The position numbers were made by a program, and so were the translations under genes. Under the pieces are notes generated by a model that was not told the origin of the DNA, ran no database searches, and saw nothing but the letters and a program-made list of their open reading frames with translations. Shown here in pieces: positions 1 through 14,140 of a DNA stretch of 64,000 bases. Origin of the DNA: Octopus bimaculoides (taxonomy: Eukaryota); the NCBI RefSeq assembly GCF_001194135.2, contig NC_068985.1, forward strand, positions 70,803,601 to 70,867,600. Direction: 5' to 3'. The stretch's first letter is position 1. Every line of letters begins with the position of its first letter.

Positions 1-476
1 CTCACAAATGCATACGTTACACGAACAGAAATTGACATGCACACGTGAAAATGCAAATAATATGCTAACCAATTTTATATTTGATACCCATGATTTTCAT
101 ATTGTGTCATACAATGATAAGGATATGGGTAAACAGATATTAGTTATACAGAGTAGGTAGTTGTAAGTTTGGTTTTATTACTGAATATTACCAAATGTTT
201 GAATATGCAATTCTATTACTATTCGAAGTTACTAGAATGTGAAAAGAAATTTTAGGAAAATTCCGCAAACTAAATCTAGAAATATATGAATATAGCACTG
301 TTTGCAAAATGAATACGAAACTCGAGTAGTTTTATACATTATACATACATACATACATACATACATACATACCTCGAAATGAGGAGTAGATGGACAGCTG
401 ACAACGGATGAAGGGTCGTTCTTTATGTTACTTGTGTTGTATGTATGTATATATGCATAATAATATATATATAATT

Positions 477-665
477 CGACCACGGCAGAATTTGAATTCA
501 GAATGTATAACAATGTAATACTGATTTGAAAGGTTGGCACATGGACAAGTGAGAGAGATAAATCGATCACATCGACTCCAGTACTCAACTGGTATTATTT
601 TTTCGACCCCGTAATGATGAAAGTGCAAAGCTGACCTCGGTGGAAGTTGAATTCAGAACGTATAG
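477..665 (-). mobile_element. tRNA-derived SINE, family M (Meta-domain-like), degenerate copy plus adjacent head fragment
   Basis: Reverse complement matches the many other copies in the window: B-box-like GAATTCAACTTCC, then GCACTTTCATCATTACGGGGTCGAAAAAATAATACCAG, resembling GCCTTTCATCCTTTCGGGGTCGATAAAATAAGTACCAG. Confidence 0.75.
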
Positions 666-1170
666 CAACTTATTAATTTAGACACGCATTTTCTTTCCTG
701 CGAAGAGGGCTTTCAATTTTAAAAAATTACATATTGCTTGATTTCATTCCCAGTTTCATGAAATGGCTTTACATGTCACTCTTAATGGCGCTTGATATGT
801 TTTACATTTCCTATTTATATTCTATTCAGTTTTAAGATGGTTTATAAAAATATTGAAATATTAAATCGCCTCCAGCAACTCTTAAAGTTTGAAAGACAAA
901 GATGAATTCGGTGTGATTTGAACTTTGAATCAAAAGGACTGGAATCAAATACTATGGTCATTGTATTCTACAACTGAAGTCTTCTACCAGTCCGCATTAT
1001 TGAACAGGTAGTGCAATTAGAATGTGGAGCCATTCGAAATATTTTCTGTTGAGAGTGAGAAATGGTTTTGCAATAATTTTACATCAATAAACATTAATGC
1101 GAAACTCTTGTTGTAAAACATATTTTAAAACTTCGTGTTTCATGATTATATCCTTTCCTTGGGCGTAAGG

Positions 1171-1171
<1 letters not shown>

Positions 1172-1238
<67 letters not shown>
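1172..1238. repeat. (GT)n microsatellite
   Basis: Direct reading. Confidence 0.98.
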
Positions 1239-1241
<3 letters not shown>

Positions 1242-1589
1242 CGCAAATTTCCGTATATATGAGCGAATGTGGTCTGTATACGCACGTGTGTGTTTGTGTG
1301 TTTTTATTCATGTGATCTGCAATAAGCTAAGAATATCTTGAAATATATTCAATATACACCTTATATATGTAAATAAATTTATTCCCTTGAGGTAAGGAAA
1401 TGATTGATGTAAGAAAGAATATTGAGCCATATCACACATGCTGTAAATAAATGTAACATATTTCAATCACTGCGTACTATCAATACTTATAGTCCATAAC
1501 TATATATCTAAACTCCAAATACATCGTTCTATCACAGTATCAGTCTATCTGCTAATACATAGCCTCTCCTTCATACACATACACTCTCT

Positions 1590-1834
1590 CTCTCTTTTAC
1601 TCTCCCTAACACTTTTTCTCTCTTTCACTCTCTCTCATTCTCTTTCGATCTCTCTCTCTCTCTCTCTTCACCTCTCTCTCTTTCCCTCTTTCATTCCATG
1701 TATGAATATGTATATCTGTGTTCGTGTAGGCATGTGCGTGTATGCATGCGAGCACGCGTTTGTGAATGTGTGTCCTCGCGCGTATGTGTGCTTGCTTGCT
1801 TGCGTGTGTGTGTATTTGTGTGTGTGTGTGTGTA

Positions 1835-1865
<31 letters not shown>

Positions 1866-2035
1866 GTGTGTGTATGTGTGTATATGCGTATGAAGCAGTT
1901 GTATACCAGAGATAATATTAGAGCAACTGAAAACGATTTATTACGAGCTTGTAATAAATACACATGTATATACATATATAAATATATGTATGTGGAGAGA
2001 AAGAGAGAGAGAGAGAGAACGAGAGAAACAGAAAG

Positions 2036-2100
<65 letters not shown>
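1590..2100. repeat. Compound (CT)n / (GT)n-like / (AG)n simple-repeat block
   Basis: Direct reading; it explains the SLSL/VCVC/RERE ORFs. Confidence 0.9.
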
Positions 2101-2104
<4 letters not shown>

Positions 2105-2623
2105 AATTACTAGACAGACAGGCAGACAGATGCACGTAAGCGTGAGCAATTAGAAGAATAGTAAGTACTCGGTGGCAAAAGTAGATTGACATAATTATAT
2201 TCAGATTAAATACAAAATTTATATTTATTCAGCGAAGCCAACATGAATATTGAGTAGTTGTATTTATATAAACGTTTTTATTATACATTCAGCAAGCTTT
2301 TTTTAATAATGCAAGCTCTAATTTATACTATTATTCGTGAAGTACTGCAAACATCTTCGTTTACTTTGAATATATCTTGAATTCATTTTTCACTAAATAA
2401 TCTCTTATAAATGGTCTATAGGCTTTTTGGCTGGAATCTGTCCAGGACAAGACAATGTATTAATTTCATATTATTGGAGATTATTGTTGACTAATTTGGT
2501 AGAATGATCAGAAGAATTATTTAGCTGGCATTTTGCACAGTTGGGTTCAACAAACTGTTGTATACAGGCAGGATTTTCCTTAGTGAATTTACCTCGTTCA
2601 ATATTATGCAGCGGTTCATTCAT

Positions 2624-2658
<35 letters not shown>

Positions 2659-2695
2659 TGAGAGAGAGAGAGAGAGTGAGTGAGAGGGAGTGAGA

Positions 2696-2726
<31 letters not shown>

Positions 2727-2816
2727 TGTGTGTGTGTGTGTGTGTGTGTTGTATGTAATAGCGTCCCTGTTAGAGGAATAGACTTGTACATCACCTCAAA
2801 ATAATTTTCACGTAAC

Positions 2817-3149
2817 AAATAGAAACTGGCACTCCGTCGGTTACGATGAGGAACGTTCCATTTGATCCGAAGTACAGAACAGCCTGCTCGTGAAATTAAC
2901 GTGCAAGTGGCTGAGCACTCCACAGACACTCGTACATTTAACGTAGTTCTCAGGGAGATTCAGCGTGACGCAGAATGTGACAACGCCGGCCCTTTGAAAT
3001 ACAGGTACTACTCATTTTTGTCATCTGAGCTGACTGGAGCAACGTGAAATAAAGTGTCTTGCTCAAGGACACAACGAGTCACCGAGAATCGAAGGCGTGA
3101 CCTTAGATCGTGAACCGTTTACCATTACTATTAAGACGCGCGCCTTCAC
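2817..3149 (-). mobile_element. tRNA-derived SINE, family B
   Basis: On the minus strand, a tRNA-like head ending GTTGTGTCCTTGAGCAAGACACTTTATTTCACGTTGCTCCAGT; collinear with a second copy at ~10409-10733. Confidence 0.75.
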
Positions 3150-3299
3150 GTGGCAAATAGAAGGTAAATACTTTCAAAATGCTTTTTTTCTACTTTCGGC
3201 AATAGTTATGATCTTTATCAGTAATAGACGGAAACATTTCCTAACCGAAAAGGGTAAATATTAACTCCTTTTGATAAGCAAATATGGCGCTTTCTAATA

Positions 3300-4320
3300 A
3301 AGGAATCATCAAGATTATACAGACCTTGTGTTATCAGAAAGATTATACTGAAAAGGAATTGTTCACACAAATGTTTCCTCTTGCATTCTTCTTCCTATAC
3401 ATTAATTACCTGCTTCTGTTGCCCAACAAAACAGTCTCTGCTAGGTTGATGAGACCACCTTTCATTAAGTTCCATCAGGTAACATCCAACTCCATTATGC
3501 TAATTTTGTTTCTTTGACGAATAAAAAGCGTAGAAATTCTGTACAGGGGAACATTATCACATCCCACTCTTAAATATATATCGCAAGCAACCAATACTGT
3601 TCCGACACCTTCTATTGCCACATCTTAAAATCAGTGAAGATCTGTCTGGTCAAAACGCACAATCTGAATATAGCAATGACTGCTAAACCAAGACAGGCTA
3701 CTTCTCTTCACAGCCAAAACATGTTTATACCTAGAATTACTAACTCACAATAAAAATTAAGAACACCTACAAAATAATCCTATCCTCTTCTCTGGGGTGC
3801 TGCTCCTTCTACACATAGAGGCATATTTTAAACTCCAGCTGAATAAATGACCATCGATATATTGGTATGAAGCCACCGCTCACACACAGATGTACTCTCT
3901 GTGGTTTCTGCCTTTTCTTTTGTTACCGTGGTAGGCGGCCTTTCCTCACCAGAGATGACTGGTATCCTATCACCTTCCCGCTTTACTCGTTCCTTTTCTC
4001 CATGTCCACCATATCGTGTGTGCATTCTAGGCCCGGTAAAGACAACTAACTGCAGTATTTACTCCGCAGAACAACAACCATCTGGAATTACCTCTATGCA
4101 CGAGTTTTCACTGCAGATGTCGACTTGCAACTTCTCAAGAGAAAAATTGACATTAAATTGTTGGTCACGTATGACATGTGAAAATTTGATATCATTCAGT
4201 TTCCTAACAGCAAATCAATAAAATAAGAAAATAGATCTGAAAGGAAATAATACAATTTCGGATGATTCCTGGAGTCCGATACTTTGCCTTCAAGAGTCAG
4301 GAAAATGTGTTTTATCATTA
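3300..4320 (+). mobile_element. Highly decayed Penelope-like element (thumb to GIY-YIG region)
   Basis: Broken frames give HRCTLCGFC...YPITF..., resembling the Cys linker and YPIT..FTC segment before a GIY-YIG domain. An eroded CUGAUGA/GAAA-like motif follows at ~4259-4304. Very degenerate. Confidence 0.4.
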
Positions 4321-4469
4321 GAAATACATAATTAAACAATTATGTGCATGTCTGTTTGTGTGCGTGTGGTTGTACGTGTGTATGTGTCTATCTGTTTACA
4401 CATATTACTTCCTATCTCTCCACATACATACACACACACATGCGCACGCACACATATATGCATGTATTA

Positions 4470-4503
<34 letters not shown>

Positions 4504-5129
4504 NNNNNNNNNNNNNNNNNNNNNNNNNNNNNNNNNNNNNNNNNNNNNNNNNNNNNNNNNNNNNNNNNNNNNNNNNNNNNNNNNNNNNNNNNNNNNNNNN
4601 NNNNNNNNNNNNNNNNNNNNNNNNNNNNNNNNNNNNNNNNNNNNNNNNNNNNNNNNNNNNNNNNNNNNNNNNNNNNNNNNNNNNNNNNNNNNNNNNNNNN
4701 NNNNNNNNNNNNNNNNNNNNNNNNNNNNNNNNNNNNNNNNNNNNNNNNNNNNNNNNNNNNNNNNNNNNNNNNNNNNNNNNNNNNNNNNNNNNNNNNNNNN
4801 NNNNNNNNNNNNNNNNNNNNNNNNNNNNNNNNNNNNNNNNNNNNNNNNNNNNNNNNNNNNNNNNNNNNNNNNNNNNNNNNNNNNNNNNNNNNNNNNNNNN
4901 NNNNNNNNNNNNNNNNNNNNNNNNNNNNNNNNNNNNNNNNNNNNNNNNNNNNNNNNNNNNNNNNNNNNNNNNNNNNNNNNNNNNNNNNNNNNNNNNNNNN
5001 NNNNNNNNNNNNNNNNNNNNNNNNNNNNNNNNNNNNNNNNNNNNNNNNNNNNNNNNNNNNNNNNNNNNNNNNNNNNNNNNNNNNNNNNNNNNNNNNNNNN
5101 NNNNNNNNNNNNNNNNNNNNNNNNNNNNN

Positions 5130-5216
<87 letters not shown>

Positions 5217-5705
5217 ATATATATGTATGTATGTATGTGTGTATGGATGTATATATATATATGCATATATGTATGTAAGCATATGGATTTGAAAGTAAAC
5301 AGATCAAAATACAGACGGATAGCCACATAGGTTATATGAACAGACAATCACACATACGCAAATGAAAACTGAAACATATCACCATATATACACACACACA
5401 CTTTACTTCAAACAAGGACACGTATACGGACACACGTCCACACATATGGAGATGCACATCCATGCATACAAACACTGTACATAGTTGCAAAACACACACA
5501 CATACACTCAGACATGCACACACATGGAGATAGATATACACACACACATGTACAAACACATACACATATGCACACACATACATAAAAACACACAAACACG
5601 GACATGCAAACACATGAATATTCAGAATACATACATACAAATGTACACACATAAATAGATACATATGCACACTCATACATGCATACACACACATACATAC
5701 ATACA

Positions 5706-5738
<33 letters not shown>

Positions 5739-6137
5739 GCATGTNNNNNNNNNNNNNNNNNNNNNNNNNNNNNNNNNNNNNNNNNNNNNNNNNNNNNNNN
5801 NNNNNNNNNNNNNNNNNNNNNNNNNNNNNNNNNNNNNNNNNNNNNNNNNNNNNNNNNNNNNNNNNNNNNNNNNNNNNNNNNNNNNNNNNNNNNNNNNNNN
5901 NNNNNNNNNNNNNNNNNNNNNNNNNNNNNNNNNNNNNNNNNNNNNNNNNNNNNNNNNNNNNNNNNNNNNNNNNNNNNNNNNNNNNNNNNNNNNNNNNNNN
6001 NNNNNNNNNNNNNNNNNNNNNNNNNNNNNNNNNNNNNNNNNNNNNNNNNNNNNNNNNNNNNNNNNNNNNNNNNNNNNNNNNNNNNNNNNNNNNNNNNNNN
6101 NNNNNNNNNNNNNNNNNNNNNNNNNNNNNNNNNNNNN

Positions 6138-6176
<39 letters not shown>

Positions 6177-6239
6177 AACACACACATAAGTATATACGTA
6201 TGGATGGGTGAATGGATGGATGGATGGATGGATATTTAA

Positions 6240-7260
6240 TATTGTATTGCCTCTTATACAAGTATTTAACCATATTTTCTGTGGCAATGAAAAACAAATC
6301 TTCAGTCTGGTTATGACAAAATTCTACGAGCATACAGTACAAAGCTCAGAAACAGTATATTTCCTACATGTGATATAAACTGATGACACGGTAGATGATA
6401 GCCGAATTAAACCACTTATCTGGGTAGAAATAATAAACATTGTCTCACAAAAAAAATATGTTTAGTACTAAGTCTGTAAATCTTTGGTACTTATTTGTGC
6501 GCTATGGAGGATTGAGACAGCGGAGACAAGGTAAGATCTTAACTCTGAATATAGAAAGACATTGCTAAATTTATTCAAAATGTATTTAAAATGATGATCC
6601 CAAATTTCTGCCTATTTCTTGCATTTACGATTATATAATAATAATAATAACACAAAATATAAATCTTCCTTATTTCAAAGAAAATTAATTATATCATTAC
6701 ATTTGAGCAACCATAAATTCACAACACAGTCAAATCTTCAACAAGAGGATACATTTTTCTTTATAGAACAAGGAATTACATTAGCTATGATCAGCTGCTG
6801 ATCCAATCTCATTCTCACATTTGATACACGATAGAGTAGCTTTTCCATGCCCTTCAATTTCTAACTATATTCAGTGATAACTATCTGGTTGATTTGAAAT
6901 TTTGATTGAATTTGACCACTTACAAGATTCAATCTTCTCTCCACTGACAGGTCGTATATTCTTTTAATATCTCCTACTCTTACTATAATAGCATCTGGTT
7001 CTGAAAACTTACTTATCTCAAACCTACTTCATTCAGAATATCTTACAGCAGCTTCATATTCACGCCATTCTACTCCTGTCGGATTAACTTCCAAAGCCTC
7101 ACATTTAACAAGACATCTTTCCCTCCCCAACTCTAAAATTTGCTTTTCTATGCAAGCTCTCTGCAGATGTCTCTTCCAATAGTTATTAACTACATCACAA
7201 TTTGAAAATCCCGACACACGTTTTTAATAATTTTTATCTTAAATGATTAACAAAGGAAAA
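6240..7260 (-). mobile_element. Decayed Penelope-like element, N-terminal domain to early RT
   Basis: The minus frame is nearly open for ~160 codons with two stops (RHLQRACIEKQILEL...YDLSVERRL...GMEKLLYRV). Further down EDLFFIATENMVKYLYKRQY resembles the PLE RT segment L.LAT.N.F.FN..YY.Q. Confidence 0.4.
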
Positions 7261-7341
7261 GAAATATAAGCTATTACAGTTTCATTAACCGCATTCGTAA
7301 ACTTACCACTTCACAAAGACTCACTTCTGCAATTTTTATTA

Positions 7342-7368
7342 TCGTCGTCATTATAATTATTATTATTA

Positions 7369-7432
<64 letters not shown>

Positions 7433-7478
7433 CATCATCATCATCATTATCATCATCATCGTTGTTGTTGTTGTTGTT
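7342..7478. repeat. Compound (ATT)n-(ATC)n-(GTT)n microsatellite
   Basis: Direct reading. Confidence 0.95.
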
Positions 7479-7944
7479 TATGCAGGTGTTCAAGAGAATA
7501 TATTGTCATCATTTTGCAACTGCATGAGAATTCAAAAGTAACACAATCTGTGATACTGTAACATTTTCTTATATTATTTAGCAAGTTCCGCCAACAGTAT
7601 CAATGATACTATTACCAGGACCGACAAAGATTTAAAGAAATCGTTTGTTTGATACCAATAACAGCAGTATGCAAATTTTGTTAACTCAAGAGCATTTTAT
7701 CAAAGAATATCCTTAACCAAAAACCCGATTCTAGAATATCAGCAACATTTTTTATTTTTATTTTTTTATGAAAAGAAAAAAAAAGGAAAAATGAAGACTA
7801 AGGGAAGAAAGAGTTAAGGAAATAAAATCCAATACATATCTCTGAGAGATGAATGTTTTGATGGGAAATCTTTATGATGCAACTACATTCTTCAAAGAAC
7901 TACGCTGACAAGTAATCTGATATCAACAACATCAGAAAACGACT

Positions 7945-8121
7945 CATCACATTATCGTCACCACCACCACCACCACCACCACCATCATCATCATCATCCT
8001 CATCCTCCTCATCTTCATCCTCCTCATCGTCGTCCTCATCATTATCATCATTATCTACAACACTAACGTCAACACCTACACCAACAGCAATAACAAGGAC
8101 GACTACAGATACTACTACTAC

Positions 8122-8169
<48 letters not shown>

Positions 8170-8200
8170 TATTGCTACTACTACCACTATTACTACTAGT
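7945..8200. repeat. Compound (ACC)/(ATC)/(CTC)/(ACT) trinucleotide low-complexity block
   Basis: Direct reading. Confidence 0.9.
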
Positions 8201-8431
8201 ACTGTAATTACTATTCAGTGTCGCCAAGACCTGGAGGTTTTGTGGTTTGATGCCAATAACAGCATCACAAATTTGGTCAACTCAGCAAAACCTCATCATA
8301 AGATCTCTTCAAAACAAGATGGCGTCGGAAAATCGAACAAAAATAAATGAACAATTCTATCACACGCACACACTCATATCCTCACATATACGTGTATGCG
8401 TATATGTGTATACATGTTTATATTCATATAC

Positions 8432-8492
<61 letters not shown>

Positions 8493-9080
8493 NNNNNNNN
8501 NNNNNNNNNNNNNNNNNNNNNNNNNNNNNNNNNNNNNNNNNNNNNNNNNNNNNNNNNNNNNNNNNNNNNNNNNNNNNNNNNNNNNNNNNNNNNNNNNNNN
8601 NNNNNNNNNNNNNNNNNNNNNNNNNNNNNNNNNNNNNNNNNNNNNNNNNNNNNNNNNNNNNNNNNNNNNNNNNNNNNNNNNNNNNNNNNNNNNNNNNNNN
8701 NNNNNNNNNNNNNNNNNNNNNNNNNNNNNNNNNNNNNNNNNNNNNNNNNNNNNNNNNNNNNNNNNNNNNNNNNNNNNNNNNNNNNNNNNNNNNNNNNNNN
8801 NNNNNNNNNNNNNNNNNNNNNNNNNNNNNNNNNNNNNNNNNNNNNNNNNNNNNNNNNNNNNNNNNNNNNNNNNNNNNNNNNNNNNNNNNNNNNNNNNNNN
8901 NNNNNNNNNNNNNNNNNNNNNNNNNNNNNNNNNNNNNNNNNNNNNNNNNNNNNNNNNNNNNNNNNNNNNNNNNNNNNNNNNNNNNNNNNNNNNNNNNNNN
9001 NNNNNNNNNNNNNNNNNNNNNNNNNNNNNNNNNNNNNNNNNNNNNNNNNNNNNNNNNNNNNNNNNNNNNNNNNNNNNNNN

Positions 9081-9123
<43 letters not shown>

Positions 9124-9547
9124 CATGTGTGTGTGCGTATGTGTATATATAAAGATATGTATGTATATATGCATATATGTAACATGGTCTATATTTTCTA
9201 TTGGCTGAGCATTTGAGTGAAAGACACAGATGTAGCACAAAAGAATTTCTGCAATCTTTAATCGAACTGTAACAATAATAGCAATTCCGTCCCCCACCCT
9301 CCACCACCATCACCATCAACATCAAAAGAGTAGGAAGAACAGCAACAAAGAAAACACTATAACATGTAAAAGTAAGTCCTCACTGCGCTACTATAAGTTT
9401 ATAGCATAAATCATATAAACAATATGAAATTTATGTCTTCACATATTGGTCAACTCGTTCTTGTTGTTTTAAATATGGAAATAAATAAATAGCTTTATGA
9501 GTAGACGTTCTTATATTGGAATCATTGCTGCCCATTTTTGTATATCA

Positions 9548-9595
<48 letters not shown>

Positions 9596-10408
9596 GTGTG
9601 TATTGTGTGTGCCTATGTCTCTGTATGCGTGTTATTGACGTACGTATAAGTGAAAAACTTCAAAACAGTACTAAATGCCGAAGGGGTGGGAACTGCTTAT
9701 TGTTATTGCAACTGACAAGTCAGATTTACTTGTTTGAATGTGACATTCGAATAACTGTATCTGGGGATGCGACAACTGCAATAACGACATAAATGTGCGT
9801 GTACGTATATGAACTTATATGTGTGTGTTTGTGTATGTGTGTCCGTATCTTGGTCTGTCTGTATGTGTTTTTGCGTATAGGAAACTGCAGAACCAGTGAC
9901 CCTTTCGCGATGCCTCCGAATCTAAGAAGAATACATCAAAAATGAAGTAAACACTACGTATGAATCATCACCAGATTTAAAGCCTGGCTAAAATATTTAC
10001 CACAAAATAGATTTCACTGAAGGAGTTGACTAAGGACCAAGAGGTATTGTTTGATAGTGGGGGGAATAGCTTTAGATAGATTTACGAGCGCAAATGCTTT
10101 ACTGCATGAAAGAAGCATCTTGGGGAACTTGTGGCTATCTGCTATCACTTAGTATCAAGTCATAACTGATGCATGAATCCTATGATCAGAACTGCTGTCA
10201 TCGTGGTCATCACGAATGTCTCTTTAGAGGAATTACATTAGCCAACAGATCTTTGGGGTTTTGTTCTTACTGTTTTACTTTTTATAATTGTGGTTGGGTT
10301 TGATTCGTTGGAGATTTAGATGCTGTTTTTAGCTGATCAATCAACAGAACATCTTTTGTCAAACTGAAGATGTTTGCGCGCCCACACCGAGGTTTGCGCA
10401 CACACATA

Positions 10409-10733
10409 ACCGGCACTCCATCGATTACGAAGACGAAGATTCCAGTTCATCCGATCAACGGAACAGCCTGCTCGTAAAATTAACGTGCATCTGGTTGAGC
10501 ACTCTATAGACACGCGTATCCTTAATGTAGTTCTTTGGGAGAATGAGTGCGACACAGCGTGTGACATGGCTGGCCCTTTAAAGTACACGTGCTACTTATT
10601 TTTGCCAGCCGAGTGGACTGAAGCAACGTGAAATAAAGTATCTTGCTCAAGGACATAATGCACCACCAAGAAACGAGCTCACGACCTTACGAACGTGAAC
10701 CGAATACACTAACCACTAAGCCGCGCGCGTTCA
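10409..10733 (-). mobile_element. tRNA-derived SINE, family B
   Basis: Collinear with 2817-3149 (e.g. ACAGCCTGCTCGT.AAATTAACGTGCA and GCAACGTGAAATAAAGT.TCTTGCTCAAGGACA). Confidence 0.75.
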
Positions 10734-11810
10734 CTGCACACAGACAAGCATATACACATATACATACACACACATACAAAAGTATGTCTGTTGATATGGC
10801 TGTTTAACTACGTATCGGCCCTGACTGAGCTGTATTTTTTAACCAAGCATCATCTTATCACTTAAATACAGACAGGTTTGCCATACTTACTTGAGTATTA
10901 AGAACATAAAGAGGGCAGAAACGGATACTGCAAAGTATACATACCTTCATCGACCTCAACAGTTGAGCTTAACGAAATTGGAACTCAGGATGTAAAAAGC
11001 GGGAATAATTACTGAGAAACATTTTCTGCGAGGTTACAAGTTTTGGCTATTCAACGTCTTCACAAAAAGAATGTGAGAGACAAAAGACATAAAAAGTCAG
11101 TCACGTGAAGAAAAATTAGCTTAAAAGTGCAAATGTCTGCAGTAGATATCGATGGAAGAGAAAATACTTTGAAACTGCACGTCAAGTGTTATATGTAACG
11201 AAAGCAAAATCTTCTCGGCATGAGCACTCCATCTTTTATTTAGATATTGCATCTCTCAAACAGCAGTGCAAAATAGAGTACATTTCATCTTCATCCTTCT
11301 GGTATTATCTGGTATTATGTGGCTGGTAGTTCTCTCATGTCAAACCTCTACGAAGACTGTCAAACATTAGCTCGTGATCTGCGACATCGTGTATATAGCA
11401 GTAGCCAGATATTACATATAAAATCTGTGCTATATTGTAGTTTCTTCATAACATCTGCACAATGCCACAAACTGCTTACAGCTGAAGTATTTTCTGTGCA
11501 TGAAGAGAAACCATGGTCTTTCGGATGAAGTTTTAACTGTATTATGTTTGTGAGATTACTTTGGAAGATAGCCAGGCAGTTAAAAATGTGTGAGGTAGCA
11601 ATAAATTGCAGACAATAGAAAATAGAGGCAATTAATTGACAAATATACATTTCTGTGTGAACTGTAATAACAACATATAATATACACTTATAATTATCAA
11701 ATCTATGCAAATGAGATTCATTCACGCAAATATTTAGGAATATTTTGTGCATATGCATGTATAAACGTAATATAAATAAATATATATTTTCCCGAGTGAA
11801 TATAAATATA

Positions 11811-11812
<2 letters not shown>

Positions 11813-11905
<93 letters not shown>

Positions 11906-12115
11906 GTGTTTGCTTGTAGCATTTGTATATGTGTGCGTATGTCAACATATGCACATTTGCCATGTAAATATACTTTGTATGTGATTATACACACACATAT
12001 ATATGCATATGTAACATATACATACATATTTTCATGTGTGCGTATATGTGTGTGTGATTGTGCGTGCGAGTGTGTGTTGTGTATGCGTGTGTGTATGTGT
12101 GTGTGTGTGTTTGTG

Positions 12116-12162
<47 letters not shown>

Positions 12163-12447
12163 GTGTGTGTACACATACAGGAACTGAGTTAATATTACAT
12201 ATTTCTTCTGAAATCCCCACACATAAAAATACACATGTGTATATAATTATCTGCACATAAACTATTACACAAACGCAAAAGTAAATCCGATTTTCGTATA
12301 CATCTATGCATACATACATTCATACTCACATACAACATACATGCATAGATACATATATACATATATCTAAACATATGTATATATATACATATATATATAT
12401 GTGTGTGTATATATTTATACATATATACATATATATATGTGGGTGTG

Positions 12448-12479
<32 letters not shown>

Positions 12480-12593
12480 ATATACACACACATAAATGCA
12501 CACATAGATGGATTACAAAAGGCTTACATATCTTCCTATATAAATATTTTACATATATATATAGAGAGAGAGAGACATATTATATGTGTGTGC

Positions 12594-12637
<44 letters not shown>

Positions 12638-12700
12638 GTGTATGCATATATATTTATGCATCAATATAAGAATGTCTGGAATGAAATATGTTTGCTACAA
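11813..12700. repeat. (GT)n/(AT)n/(CATA)n simple-repeat region
   Basis: Direct reading. Confidence 0.9.
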
Positions 12701-13025
12701 GTAAATATAATTTATATAGAAGAATTAAGACAAAATTACATTCATACATTTTCCATATAACTCCACAGTAAAACTTATGTACACACGCAGATGCCGAACC
12801 ACAAACACCTTCCATACATACAGACACTTGCAGATGTATTGATGTTTATATCTATGGTATTATAATCAACACAGTTACTCTATAAGTACTCATTTCCATG
12901 CGTATCATGTTTTAAACATCGACTTTCACCAGCTAATCTCCTGTTGTCAGGAAATATAATGTTTGAAAGAAACAGAATATATATTCATCAATCTCTACAT
13001 ACATGCATAATGTATATACACAGAT

Positions 13026-13079
<54 letters not shown>

Positions 13080-13412
13080 AGATGCATAAATATATAGCCA
13101 TAGAAAGGGAGACAATGTATACAAACATATATACAGGCATAAACACACATATATATATATACACTAAGTCACATACACGCATACGCGCACCTACATACAC
13201 ATATATATTATATAAGTGTTTATATACACACACACATGATAAACAAGAAAAGAATGAGACAAGTAGTGCAGTTCATCGAAAAGATTTGATTTGTATTTTT
13301 CGGAAGAATCGACAGAAAAGTACTCGGTAATTTCATACTACTTTTTCTGTCGCTTTATGAATATATGTGTGTAGATATTACATACATACATATATACATA
13401 TATATATATACT

Positions 13413-13748
13413 CTTTTACTCTTTTACTTGTTTCAGTCATTTGACTGCGGCCATGCTGGAGCACCAGGAGGAGTGAAGGTTCGTGGCCCAGTGGTTAGTG
13501 AGTTGCACTCGTGGCTTCAATTCCCTCTCCGGGTGGCGCATTGTGTTCTTGAGCAAAACACTTCATTTCACATTGCTCTGCGATCATTGACGAATGACAG
13601 CCTCATGCACCTCAACAATGTCGATTTGACGGGGGGGCGGGGTCAGCTACTGGACAGCACATACATTTGATCACTATAAACAAATCACGCCTATACACAT
13701 AGAGGGGCGGCTGTGTCTAAACAGTTTGCTTCCTAACCACATGGTTGC
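13413..13748. mobile_element. Cluster of SINE fragments: family A 3' end (minus), a B-like head (plus) and a family A head (plus, cut by the gap)
   Basis: TTACTTGTTTCAGTCATTTTGACTGCGGCCATGCTGGAGCACC; GTGGCCCAGTGGTTAG...TTGTGTTCTTGAGCAAAACACT; GCTGTGTCTAAACAGTTTGCTTCCTAACCACATGGTT. Confidence 0.65.
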
Positions 13749-14140
13749 NNNNNNNNNNNNNNNNNNNNNNNNNNNNNNNNNNNNNNNNNNNNNNNNNNNN
13801 NNNNNNNNNNNNNNNNNNNNNNNNNNNNNNNNNNNNNNNNNNNNNNNNNNNNNNNNNNNNNNNNNNNNNNNNNNNNNNNNNNNNNNNNNNNNNNNNNNNN
13901 NNNNNNNNNNNNNNNNNNNNNNNNNNNNNNNNNNNNNNNNNNNNNNNNNNNNNNNNNNNNNNNNNNNNNNNNNNNNNNNNNNNNNNNNNNNNNNNNNNNN
14001 NNNNNNNNNNNNNNNNNNNNNNNNNNNNNNNNNNNNNNNNNNNNNNNNNNNNNNNNNNNNNNNNNNNNNNNNNNNNNNNNNNNNNNNNNNNNNNNNNNNN
14101 NNNNNNNNNNNNNNNNNNNNNNNNNNNNNNNNNNNNNNNN

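Noticed and set aside
4255-4310. Hammerhead at the end of the 3.3-4.3 kb remnant
   Set aside because: The core is mutated (CGGATGA) and GAAA overlaps the stem. Kept only as weak support for a PLE origin.
4342-6342. Long ORFs (150-390 aa) here and at other gaps
   Set aside because: They are open only because N-runs and (AT)/(GT)/(CATA) repeats contain no stop codons.
6460-6540. Possible exon ending CAAG|GTAAGA
   Set aside because: There is no good acceptor or recognisable peptide, and it lies within a probable minus-strand PLE remnant.
11200-11760. 132-aa minus ORF / possible transposase relic
   Set aside because: No recognisable motif or terminal repeats; could not assign.
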